Shown here: positions 1 to 8,307 of the stretch, piece by piece | Layout: each line of letters starts with the position of its first letter | Numbering within the stretch: position 1 is the stretch's first letter | Made by a program: the position numbers and the translations under genes | The notes under the pieces: generated by a model | Databases searched by the model: none | The model's input: the letters and a program-made list of their open reading frames with translations, nothing else | What the model was told of the DNA's origin: nothing | NCBI RefSeq assembly: GCF_008189405.1 | Contig: NZ_CP043316.1 | Location: forward strand, 270,001 to 302,000 | Direction of reading: 5' to 3' | Length of the DNA stretch: 32,000 nt | Source of the DNA: Candidatus Saccharimonadota bacterium | GTDB taxonomy: Bacteria; Pseudomonadota; Alphaproteobacteria; CAJXXZ01; 1604HC

Positions 1-179
1 TTGCGTAATGTTGCATGATAACTTATAGATATTTCTTCATAATCTTCAGCATAATCAGATATTTCAATGTTTAGAGCATTTTGTGCACTATGATTTTCTA
101 ATCCTATATATGATGATGGAAATATACTTTGAGCAATATTAATAATAATTTGATTGTATGTTTGTATGTTTTGATTCAT
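1..179 (-). CDS. Partial ORF (N-terminal 59 aa, runs off the window start); next gene in the phage/GTA-like head-tail string after the adaptor
   Basis: ATG at 179..177 on the minus strand, 3 nt after the stop of the upstream ORF. Open to position 1: MNQNIQTYNQIIINIAQSIFPSSYIGLENHSAQNALNIEISDYAEDYEEISISYHATLR. Function inferred from gene order only. Confidence 0.35.
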   Translation of the reverse strand, partial: MNQNIQTYNQIIINIAQSIFPSSYIGLENHSAQNALNIEISDYAEDYEEISISYHATLR

Positions 180-182
180 GTT

Positions 183-581
183 TTATATTCCTTGATTATT
201 GTTTGTGATGTGTATATTTTCAGTATTTAATAGTGTGGTTTGAGTAATTTCTTTTGCAAAAAAATATCCATATCTCTTATTAATTGGTTGTAATGAAGAA
301 TTGATTTTAATATATTTATTATTCCATACACCTATATCAAATATTTCTACATTAATATTGCAAACAATGCCAAAAAAATTATGTATTAACCCTTTTTGCT
401 TTTGGTGTAAGTTTAATGGTATTACGTGACACCATATTGGTTCTTTTTTATGCTCTGATTGTACATATTTTCCATGTAAAAACATTTCACTTATCTTGAT
501 TGGCTCAATTATTTCTCTTAACCGTGGCACATTACCTTGCATAATATAGCTCCATTTTTTGGAGCGATTATTAGTATTCAT
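183..581 (-). CDS. Phage/GTA-like head-tail adaptor (head-tail joining) protein, putative
   Basis: 132-aa ORF directly after the connector gene, sharing nt 581 with it. Size and position match the adaptor gene (RcGTA g7 position). The true start may be M14 (nt 542), giving MQGNVPRLREIIEPIKI. Similarity by eye is weak. Confidence 0.5.
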   Translation of the reverse strand: MNTNNRSKKWSYIMQGNVPRLREIIEPIKISEMFLHGKYVQSEHKKEPIWCHVIPLNLHQKQKGLIHNFFGIVCNINVEIFDIGVWNNKYIKINSSLQPINKRYGYFFAKEITQTTLLNTENIHITNNNQGI

Positions 582-1111
582 TAAAATTTATTACTCATGC
601 TTTTATATGAATTTAACAATACACTATTATATTTGATTTGATCTTCAATTACAGTTGTGCCACTATATATTACATCAAATTGCTGGAATATATATTGCAA
701 TATAGATTGAGGTAATGTTTCTTTTGTAAAACCTGCATCATATGTAATTCTAATTTTTTTATTTAGAAACCTTTTATCTAATATGATAGTTCGATAATCA
801 GTGTGTATTATTTGATCAAAAAATTTAGTCGCTCTGAAATTACTGCTATTACTATTGCATGTTTCAACAGAAATAATGTTTGTGATGGGAGATTTTGGCA
901 AATAAACTTTGATTTGTTTATTAATATAACACCATGTTTTTTGCACAATTGACCTATCCGTATATGTTTCAGCTTGACTAATTGCTATTCTTAAGATTTT
1001 CTCAATATATTCATCATTCTGTTGTGGAGGAATATTGAAATGCTTTCTAATCAAATCTAAATCTACAGGTAATTCAGAGCTTTCTTTCTGTAATTGTAAA
1101 GAGTAAGACAT
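581..1111 (-). CDS. Phage gp6-like head-tail connector protein
   Basis: 176 aa. N-terminal LPVDLDLIRKHFNI..NDEYIEKILRIAISQAETYTDRSIVQKTW and C-terminal ITYDAGFTKETLPQSILQYIFQQ fit the gp6-like connector pattern. Lies directly after the capsid gene. Confidence 0.7.
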   Translation of the reverse strand: MSYSLQLQKESSELPVDLDLIRKHFNIPPQQNDEYIEKILRIAISQAETYTDRSIVQKTWCYINKQIKVYLPKSPITNIISVETCNSNSSNFRATKFFDQIIHTDYRTIILDKRFLNKKIRITYDAGFTKETLPQSILQYIFQQFDVIYSGTTVIEDQIKYNSVLLNSYKSMSNKF

Positions 1112-1122
1112 TTAATTTACTC

Positions 1123-2250
1123 TTATTCTTTTCCAGATTCTTTTGAATCTATAAACCCTACAAATGCATCAGGTCTAATTACTTTAGATCCAATATGTTT
1201 TCTAACATAATTTTGAATTAATGGTTTCCTGCTGTATTTATCATGTAATGCAAACAAATGCTCATGCTCTGCAATTGCATAACCGCTGTTTAGGTTACAG
1301 AAAATCAGTTTGCACTCTTTTCCTTCTAATTCTGGCATAAAATGAATTGGGTAATTCAAGAAAGAATGATGATTAGAGTCTATCCTAATAAGTGGCCTTC
1401 CAGCATTATCATTGAGTTTTAGAAATTCATTGTACATACTTCTAGTCATTAACCACTTTGCATTATCATGCAATTCTTCTGGAAGCTTACTGACCATTTG
1501 CATTGCTGCTTCATATCCAAATTTACCTCTCACAATGTATTTGTCATCTGATGGAATAATACTATCAATTTTATTTTCCACACCATCTACAAATAATTGC
1601 CTTTCTTTTTTAGAAATATCATTTGCAACTTTTGCGATTACAAATTCATTAAAATTCAATGGTCTTGGTTGGCACATCATATCTTGTGTGATATTTGCAC
1701 ATGCTTCGATTGCATGCATTTCAATGAGGTGTTTTTGAAATGATACAGTAGTTGAGTTTTCATTATCATATTCATGGTCAATGCTTTGTTCCTGAACGTT
1801 AAATGAATCCATAAACATTAACTCAAATGAATTGCCTTTAGATACTTTATAAGTTGATGAAAATGCTCTTACTGGAGATAAGTAGCTAGTTTGCTCTAAT
1901 AAGTATTGGTTTAGATTTGGTATGCATACATACCCTCCCATATCCTCTTGATTTGCACTTTTAGTTTCTGTAGATTTTCCTGTGCGTACATAATCTCCAA
2001 ATTGATTTACTACATTTGAATTATTATTCCCCCATGTGCTTGGGTGTGTTTCATTTATAGATTTTATCTCTAGATTAACGTGCTTTTTCATATTATTTTT
2101 CAATTCTGATAGTTCTTCCTTGATTTTGTGTTGATTGTCTTTGATTTGCTCTTCTGTTTTTGCTGAATTGTTTTTATATTCATGAAAAGATTTCCCTAAA
2201 ACATTCAAAGCATCTTGAAAGTTCTGATCGTTTGTATTGATTGTGTTCAT
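1123..2250 (-). CDS. HK97-family phage major capsid protein
   Basis: 375 aa. Charged coiled-coil N-terminal delta-like region (EEQIKDNQHKIKEELSELKNNMKK) followed by a globular domain. Located directly after the prohead protease, as in HK97/GTA head modules. Confidence 0.85.
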   Translation of the reverse strand: MNTINTNDQNFQDALNVLGKSFHEYKNNSAKTEEQIKDNQHKIKEELSELKNNMKKHVNLEIKSINETHPSTWGNNNSNVVNQFGDYVRTGKSTETKSANQEDMGGYVCIPNLNQYLLEQTSYLSPVRAFSSTYKVSKGNSFELMFMDSFNVQEQSIDHEYDNENSTTVSFQKHLIEMHAIEACANITQDMMCQPRPLNFNEFVIAKVANDISKKERQLFVDGVENKIDSIIPSDDKYIVRGKFGYEAAMQMVSKLPEELHDNAKWLMTRSMYNEFLKLNDNAGRPLIRIDSNHHSFLNYPIHFMPELEGKECKLIFCNLNSGYAIAEHEHLFALHDKYSRKPLIQNYVRKHIGSKVIRPDAFVGFIDSKESGKE

Positions 2251-2304
2251 TTTTTTTCCTTTTTTCTTTTAAACAATAAACTTAATGTAAAATTGCAATA
2301 TTAT

Positions 2305-2772
2305 TTATTTAATATATGCTTTTGGATTTGCAGGACATTTTACAATAGATATTTCATGCAAATCTATTTGAAAGATTGTCCTTATATGTGCCTCTCTTTT
2401 ATATATTATAGGTATAAAACCTATTGAAAGACCATATATTATTTTTGATTTGAGCATTTCCCAAACTTTTTGTCCCATATATAGATTTCTAAATATCTTA
2501 CCTTGTACATAAAGCCCAAATTCATCTTCTTCAATTTTAAGCCATTTCCCTAATGGCATACTTAAATCATGTTGAAAAAGCATATGTATATTATCTATAT
2601 TAGTTTTCAGTGAATATTGAAAACTTTTTTTGTGAATGATATCTCCATGCAAATCTGAATTTCCAAATACACTTGCATATCCTTCGAATATGCCATCACT
2701 ATTAATGCTTTTGATTTCTAAATTTGCTGGTATATTGCAACTATTTTGATTGCTTTTTATCATCATCATCAT
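2305..2772 (-). CDS. HK97-family prohead (maturation) protease
   Basis: Motifs FEGYASVFGNSDLHGDII, GLSIGF and LHEISIVKCPANPKA are typical of HK97 prohead proteases. The ORF is open from 2841, but the M24 start (2772) shortens the overlap with the upstream ORF, which ends at 2741. Confidence 0.85.
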   Translation of the reverse strand: MMMMIKSNQNSCNIPANLEIKSINSDGIFEGYASVFGNSDLHGDIIHKKSFQYSLKTNIDNIHMLFQHDLSMPLGKWLKIEEDEFGLYVQGKIFRNLYMGQKVWEMLKSKIIYGLSIGFIPIIYKREAHIRTIFQIDLHEISIVKCPANPKAYIK

Positions 2773-3172
2773 TACTATAGGCCATAAACGCTGCATACGC
2801 CCATTGCTTACTACTGTCTGAATAGTAGAGGTGTTGTCCACTAGGAATAAGAATTATATCGTTATTATTATATTTAGATTCATTAAATTCATCTTTGTTT
2901 TCAATGAAATGAAGATTTAATATGCTGTTTCTATCATATATTTGATCTAATAGAATTTTTGCTTTTATTGCTGCTCCTTGACTTATTTCTATAAAACCAG
3001 ATTTCAATTTATATGTCCAATCTTTTGATTGAATGTGATGTATTAACTCTGCTCTATTTGATGTGTTTTCTAAATTATTAAGCATTTCTTCTATATTTAG
3101 CCAATTTTCATCTAGTTGATTAATTGTTAATGGACCTTTATTTCTTTCGTAAGTGTTTAATTTTATGTTCAT
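2741..3172 (-). CDS. Hypothetical protein between portal and protease (RcGTA g3.5 position)
   Basis: 143-aa ORF filling the portal-protease gap and co-oriented with both. No family recognised. Acidic C-terminus NDDDDKKQSK. Confidence 0.5.
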   Translation of the reverse strand: MNIKLNTYERNKGPLTINQLDENWLNIEEMLNNLENTSNRAELIHHIQSKDWTYKLKSGFIEISQGAAIKAKILLDQIYDRNSILNLHFIENKDEFNESKYNNNDIILIPSGQHLYYSDSSKQWAYAAFMAYSNDDDDKKQSK

Positions 3173-3180
3173 ATTTTTCC

Positions 3181-4260
3181 TTATTTTTTATATCCACATA
3201 GTTGTCGTTTTTCATGCTCTGATAAGAATGAAAGACTATCTATGTGTTTTTTGTAATCTTCTGTTTTTGCAAATAATGCTGGAATATTGGAAAAATCATA
3301 TTCTAATTTCAGATTATCTTCTTGTACTAACCAGCTTTGCAATTGATTTAGAATCATGTTCGCAAGTGGTAAGATTGTATCCTCCCAAAAATGCAACCTT
3401 GCTTCTTTATAGTGATTAAATGAAGAATCTTGTATTCCTAACATTACTGGAGGCACTCCAAATGCTAAAGCTATTTCTTTTGCAGAATTGAGTTTGCCTT
3501 GATGGAAATCTATATCTTTGGGTGAAATACTCATTTCTTTCCATTTTGCATTGCCTTCTAATAATATAACCTTCCCAGCTTTATCTGATCCAGTATAATT
3601 AGAGTTAAGTTGATCTTTTAGTATTTGCCTTTGCGCTTCTGTCAATTGCTCATCGAAGATAAGAGCTCCTGAGATTCTTCCACCATTATCTAATATAGAT
3701 TTATTATATTTTGTGATTGTATCATACAGTGATGCTGATTTCTTAATCGTTTCAATTGGACTCATACCTTCCCATGGTGAGTATGGATTAGTTAATTTAA
3801 TATGTAATAACTGTTCATCATTTGCTCCATGTTCTTTATTGCCATATTTGTATTTATATGGATTGCCAGCAGAGTCACTAATTACTTTTAGTTCGTTAGA
3901 ATTCAATTTTATTACTTCATCATATGATTTAAACAAGTATATATTTCCATATAATAAAAGGTCTGTGATTACTGAATCTATTAATGAAAACCAATTATTA
4001 TGTTTATTAGGCTTTTTAATTAGCTTGTGTAGGTCATGATTGTGTAATATTATTCCATCTTCATTTTTCAAATTGCAAGGAATATTTGCTATATTTTTTG
4101 CTATTAGATTAATGCAACGATATATAATTACATTTTTTGAATATAAATCATCATATGATTCCTGATCAGAAAAAGTATAGTTAAAGTTTTCATTATTATA
4201 AACCATTACTTTTTGCTTATCTGGTTTGAATTTTTTATATAAATTTTGCATAAAACTCAT
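3181..4260 (-). CDS. HK97-family phage portal protein
   Basis: 359 aa. YRCINLIAKNIANIP; GGRISGALIFDEQLTEAQRQILKDQLNSNYTGSDKAGKVILLEGNAKWKEMSISPKDIDF; EIALAFGVPPVMLG. This matches the conserved HK97/GTA portal core. Confidence 0.9.
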   Translation of the reverse strand: MSFMQNLYKKFKPDKQKVMVYNNENFNYTFSDQESYDDLYSKNVIIYRCINLIAKNIANIPCNLKNEDGIILHNHDLHKLIKKPNKHNNWFSLIDSVITDLLLYGNIYLFKSYDEVIKLNSNELKVISDSAGNPYKYKYGNKEHGANDEQLLHIKLTNPYSPWEGMSPIETIKKSASLYDTITKYNKSILDNGGRISGALIFDEQLTEAQRQILKDQLNSNYTGSDKAGKVILLEGNAKWKEMSISPKDIDFHQGKLNSAKEIALAFGVPPVMLGIQDSSFNHYKEARLHFWEDTILPLANMILNQLQSWLVQEDNLKLEYDFSNIPALFAKTEDYKKHIDSLSFLSEHEKRQLCGYKK

Positions 4261-4406
4261 ATGTTTTTTTCCATTTTGATTGTTTTCCTTTGAGTGAGTT
4301 GAAAGTAGGAAGTAAATGCATCCTACATTTTCTGTTGTACTAAACTAAGGCTACTACTTTCAAGTTTTTTTATTTTAAGAATATAAAATAGCCTTGAAAA
4401 CTCTGA

Positions 4407-5090
4407 TTAATACTGGCTTTGTTGAACTTGTTGAGAAATATATTTTTCATGCATGCTTTTTCTATGATTTTTATATTTTGAATGAAAAAAGTCTAACATT
4501 AATGCAGATTTATCTTTTTGTTTTAAATGAAAGAGACACTCAACTATATTCAAAATACTTCTTGGCATCTTATCTAAGTTCTCATTATAAATTGGCGTAC
4601 CTTTGTTTTTATGCATAGATTTATAAAATTGTCCAAAATGTAAGATAGACTTTAAGAATTCTTTTTGTTTTAGAGCAATAACTCCCATCCAATAATAATG
4701 TATACATGGGTCAAAATTCTGATTTTTAGATAAATATTGAAATTGCTTATATGCCTTATTGAAGTTTCCTTGAGCCAGATATTTAATTGCACTATTTCGT
4801 TTAGAATTAAACTCTTTTCTTGTCATATTATTGTCATGTTGTATAACAGGAATATAGCCAAGAATATTTTCTATATAAACATCATATCCATTCTTTTTGG
4901 TTTTGATTTTGTGTTCTGCATGATTAATGACACTTTGAATCTCATCTATTTTCTGAATTTGTTTTGATTTTTCTTGATCAGAAATAGCATTATCTTTGCA
5001 CAAACTATTTATGCATTCTTTTATTGTATCAAAGTTTGAATCTATATTTGATTTAATAGATATAGAAAATAATAATAAGACCAAAAGCAT
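4407..5090 (-). CDS. CpoB/YbgF-like TPR protein (Tol-Pal associated), putative
   Basis: 227 aa. Hydrophobic N-terminus, coiled-coil stretch (DQEKSKQIQKIDEIQSVINHAEHKIK), then TPR-like repeats (AIKYLAQGNFNKAYKQFQYLSKNQNFDPCIHYYWMGVIALKQKEFLKSILHFGQF). This architecture matches YbgF. The N-terminus is uncertain (see findings). Confidence 0.45.
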   Translation of the reverse strand: MLLVLLLFSISIKSNIDSNFDTIKECINSLCKDNAISDQEKSKQIQKIDEIQSVINHAEHKIKTKKNGYDVYIENILGYIPVIQHDNNMTRKEFNSKRNSAIKYLAQGNFNKAYKQFQYLSKNQNFDPCIHYYWMGVIALKQKEFLKSILHFGQFYKSMHKNKGTPIYNENLDKMPRSILNIVECLFHLKQKDKSALMLDFFHSKYKNHRKSMHEKYISQQVQQSQY

Positions 5091-5212
5091 ACTGATATTA
5101 TAAACAAAAAATATGTTAAATAAATGTGAAATTTGTATGCTGAAAACATCTCTCTTTATTTATTCATTGAAAATATTGGCACTTTAAGATAATCTTGGTG
5201 CTATTGAGGAAC

Positions 5213-6697
5213 ATGAAAAAATATCTTTTTTATATAAATATCTTTCTGTTTTTTGGGCTAATATGGTCATTTTATAATAAATATAATGCCAGCACAAAAA
5301 ACAAAGTAAATTGCGCGCAAATTGAAACACAATCGAAGTTGCCAGATCATTATATAGGGAATGGCTTAGCAATAAGTGATTCACGTATAAATGGTAAAAT
5401 AGACTTACAACACAATAGATTTATTGATTTAAGTGTTAAGTACTATGATAAGAATTATGATTTATTAAAAAACAAGTCATTTTTAAAATTTATATGGAAA
5501 TCTAATGATATATGCATTCCTAAAGATATTGAGTGGGAATACAATTCTAATACATTATCAAAAGATAAACCTTTGATCCTAAGTTGGAAAAATAAAGATG
5601 GTTCGATATTTATACAAAGCATGCAAATCATTGATGACTATATGATTAAAGTTGAATATTCTGTATTTAATGCATTAGACAAAGTGGTTAATATAGGGCT
5701 ATGGTTAAGCGCTGATATTGCTAATAACACTCCTTTATATCACCAAAATGGGAAAATTATACGTTCAAAATCTGGTGACATGAGAAATATAGATTCTTGG
5801 TTTGGATTTGAATCTACTTACGCTGGATTATTTATTATTCCAGATCATAATTCTATTAATAATTCATATCATTTTAGTAATAAAACAATGAAAATTAATA
5901 CAGTAAATAAGCAAATCAATCCGAAAGAATCAGTTTCTTGGAGTTTTTATATTTTTGTTGGTCCAAAAAAACTTAGTTTGTTAAAGCAATATTCTAATAA
6001 ATATGGAATAAGTAATTTTGATAATGCTATAGATTATGGATTCATGTCATTTATAACAAAACCATTATTTATAGTTCTATCTTATATAATGAATATTTGT
6101 GGAAGTTTTATTATATCATTATTCTTGTTGACATTAGTGATGAAAATTATTTTACTTCCATTTTCTTATAAGTCTCATATTTCTATGGTTAAAATGCAGA
6201 AATTACAACCACAGCTGGATAGAATCAAAGAAATGTACAAAGGAGATAATGTTGCTATACAGCAAGCTATTTTAACTTTATATAAAAAAGAATCTATTAA
6301 TCCATTGGGTGGATGCTTGCCTTTACTATTTCAGATTCCATTATTTATTCCTTTATATACAATTGTTTCTATTAGTATAGATACAACAACATCAGGCTTT
6401 TTATGGATCAAGGATTTATCTGCATCTGATCCGTATTCTTTAAATGCGTTAATGCAATGTTTCACATCTAAAACATTACCTTTTAATATATCAATACTAT
6501 CAATATTATTTGTACTTACTATGCTTTTACAACAATGGAACACATTTAAGAATCAGAAAGATAATTTTATTCTAATATTTCCATTAATACTAGCGATAAT
6601 GCTATCAGGTTATTCATCTGCCTTTATACTTTATATGATTTGGAGTAATATTTTATCATATTTACAAACTATTTTATTTGACAAACTAATAAAGTAG
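5213..6697 (+). CDS. yidC: Membrane protein insertase YidC
   Basis: N-terminal anchor MKKYLFYINIFLFFGLIW, a periplasmic domain, then the conserved core ITKPLFIVLSYI, LLTLVMKIILLPFSYKSHISMVKMQKLQPQLDRIKEMYKGDN..QQAILTLYKKESINPLGGCLPLLFQIPLFIPLY. GAGG at 5206-5209. The ORF is open from TTG 5195. Confidence 0.92.
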   Translation: MKKYLFYINIFLFFGLIWSFYNKYNASTKNKVNCAQIETQSKLPDHYIGNGLAISDSRINGKIDLQHNRFIDLSVKYYDKNYDLLKNKSFLKFIWKSNDICIPKDIEWEYNSNTLSKDKPLILSWKNKDGSIFIQSMQIIDDYMIKVEYSVFNALDKVVNIGLWLSADIANNTPLYHQNGKIIRSKSGDMRNIDSWFGFESTYAGLFIIPDHNSINNSYHFSNKTMKINTVNKQINPKESVSWSFYIFVGPKKLSLLKQYSNKYGISNFDNAIDYGFMSFITKPLFIVLSYIMNICGSFIISLFLLTLVMKIILLPFSYKSHISMVKMQKLQPQLDRIKEMYKGDNVAIQQAILTLYKKESINPLGGCLPLLFQIPLFIPLYTIVSISIDTTTSGFLWIKDLSASDPYSLNALMQCFTSKTLPFNISILSILFVLTMLLQQWNTFKNQKDNFILIFPLILAIMLSGYSSAFILYMIWSNILSYLQTILFDKLIK

Positions 6698-6766
6698 TGA
6701 CTGGGTAATAAAGTTTAGTGATAAGATCATGGTATTTGATAGGCGAATAAGGCGATCTAATTAGCA

Positions 6767-7141
6767 GTGGCGATTCTCTTTTATGCAATTTGTGCTTTTT
6801 CTATAGTTTATGACATAGTGAACCTGGAAATTCATTTGATATCTTTGATTTTATTATCTTTTTATTGCAAATTCAAATTAATATCATTTAGTTTTATGAT
6901 TTTTTTTCTTAGCTTGATTCTTTTGCTTTCTAAGTTCAGTAAAAAAGCATATATGCAGTTAGGTGATTATATACTTTTATTGATTTCAGGTTCTAGCATT
7001 GTTTTTGCTAATATTTCTTTATTCTTCTTTTTGATTGCAATTTCTCATTTACTGATATCTGTTTTGTATAAGAAATTAACAAATAATCACAATATTCCTA
7101 TGGTTCCTGCAATTCTAATATCATGGATGCTTTTATATTAG
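6767..7141 (+). CDS. Small polytopic membrane protein, A24 prepilin-peptidase-like (CpaA/TadV-like), putative
   Basis: 124 aa with a GTG start and 4-5 hydrophobic segments. Two Asp residues sit in A24-like contexts (SIVYDIVNLEI and MQLGDYILLLISG, compare GxGDxKL), with a C-terminal IPMVPAIL. Shorter than typical family members. Confidence 0.4.
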   Translation: MAILFYAICAFSIVYDIVNLEIHLISLILLSFYCKFKLISFSFMIFFLSLILLLSKFSKKAYMQLGDYILLLISGSSIVFANISLFFFLIAISHLLISVLYKKLTNNHNIPMVPAILISWMLLY

Positions 7142-7165
7142 TAAATTATTTGGTAATAATAGGTT

Positions 7166-7699
7166 ATGAACTGCCCATATATTACTAAAACAGGAGATAA
7201 AGGAAAAACATCTATTATGAATAAAAGGGTGTATAAAAATTCTGATTTAATTCAATTTTTAGGTGGTTTAGATGAAATTAATTCATATATTGGATTAATT
7301 GTAAATTATGCTCCAGACAATTTGAAAAAAACTTTAATGAGTATTCAAAATCAACTACTAAATATTGGTGGGTTTATAAGTGGTGGTAGTATTGAGATAA
7401 ATGATAAGTATCATTCATGGGTTGAAGCAGAGAGTAATGAGTTTTTTAAAGCTTTAGAAAATGCTAATAATTTTGTTTTGCCAGGTGGTTCAATTTTATC
7501 TAGCCATTTGCATATAGCACGATGTGTTATAAGGCGTGTTGAAATTTTATTTTGGAAGCTTGATGAAGATACACGCTGTGATCATATTGCAAAATATATG
7601 AATAGATTATCAGATTTATTTTTTGTATTAAGCAGATTGCATGGTGAGAGCAAGGAATGTTTATGGCAGATAGGAGAAATAGATTATGACATCAAATAA
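7166..7699 (+). CDS. ATP:cob(I)alamin adenosyltransferase, PduO type
   Basis: YITKTGDKGKTSI..RVYKNSDLIQFLGGLDEINSYIG; FVLPGGS; LHIARCVIRRVE; NRLSDLFFVLSR. These are hallmark PduO/MMAB-family motifs. Confidence 0.85.
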   Translation: MNCPYITKTGDKGKTSIMNKRVYKNSDLIQFLGGLDEINSYIGLIVNYAPDNLKKTLMSIQNQLLNIGGFISGGSIEINDKYHSWVEAESNEFFKALENANNFVLPGGSILSSHLHIARCVIRRVEILFWKLDEDTRCDHIAKYMNRLSDLFFVLSRLHGESKECLWQIGEIDYDIK

Positions 7700-8069
7700 T
7701 ATTACGGAAAACAAGAGTAATTTGACTTTTGAAGAGATCATTGCAGAGTTAGAGAAAATTACTATGCAGCTAGAGCAAGGTACAATGCCATTGAATCAAG
7801 CTGTTGAAACATATACTAGTGGTATCGAATTGAAGAATATAGCAGAACAGCAATTAAAAAATGCATATATCAAATTACAGTCTGTTCAAGAAAGTAGAGA
7901 GATTTCACAGTTTAGAGAAAGATTTGCAAATTTATTGGGTAGCTTTCAGGAAGAAGTGATAAAATCATTAGATAAGAAGTCCACAATAGATAATGCAAAA
8001 GAAATGACATCTAAATTTTTGGAAAATTTAATTGGATTATATGAGTTGTATATTAAATCAATCAACTAA
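7686..8069 (+). CDS. xseB: Exodeoxyribonuclease VII small subunit with a C-terminal extension
   Basis: LTFEEIIAELEKITMQLEQGTMPLNQAVETYTSGIELKNIAEQQLKNAYIKLQ matches the XseB helical hairpin. 127 aa, longer than the length I recall as usual for the family (about 70-80 aa). Overlaps the upstream gene by 14 nt. Confidence 0.75.
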   Translation: MTSNNITENKSNLTFEEIIAELEKITMQLEQGTMPLNQAVETYTSGIELKNIAEQQLKNAYIKLQSVQESREISQFRERFANLLGSFQEEVIKSLDKKSTIDNAKEMTSKFLENLIGLYELYIKSIN

Positions 8070-8307
8070 AATGTATGATGTTTTGATTGTGTTATATAAA
8101 AATTAAATATTAATTTATGTCATATTGAATATATAATTGTAATGGTTAGTATAATTATAGTATATATTACAGTGTTAAGGCATAATTTAATTTTAAATCA
8201 ATTGATATGCAGAAACTGTTAATTTACTGAATATTTTAAATTACAAATCATAGGATATTGAAAGTCAACATATGTTTTTATATTCAATTATGGTATGAAT
8301 ATTATAT

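Noticed and set aside
1412-1738. 108-aa + strand ORF antisense to the capsid gene. Similar cases: 2215-2427, 3153-3419, 3713-4039, 4394-4618, 4737-4967, 5184-5384 and 6331-6543.
   Set aside because: Each lies inside or across a gene on the opposite strand that has clear family motifs. Their translations are low-complexity and Phe/Ile/Leu/Cys-rich with no recognisable motifs, which fits shadow ORFs in AT-rich DNA.
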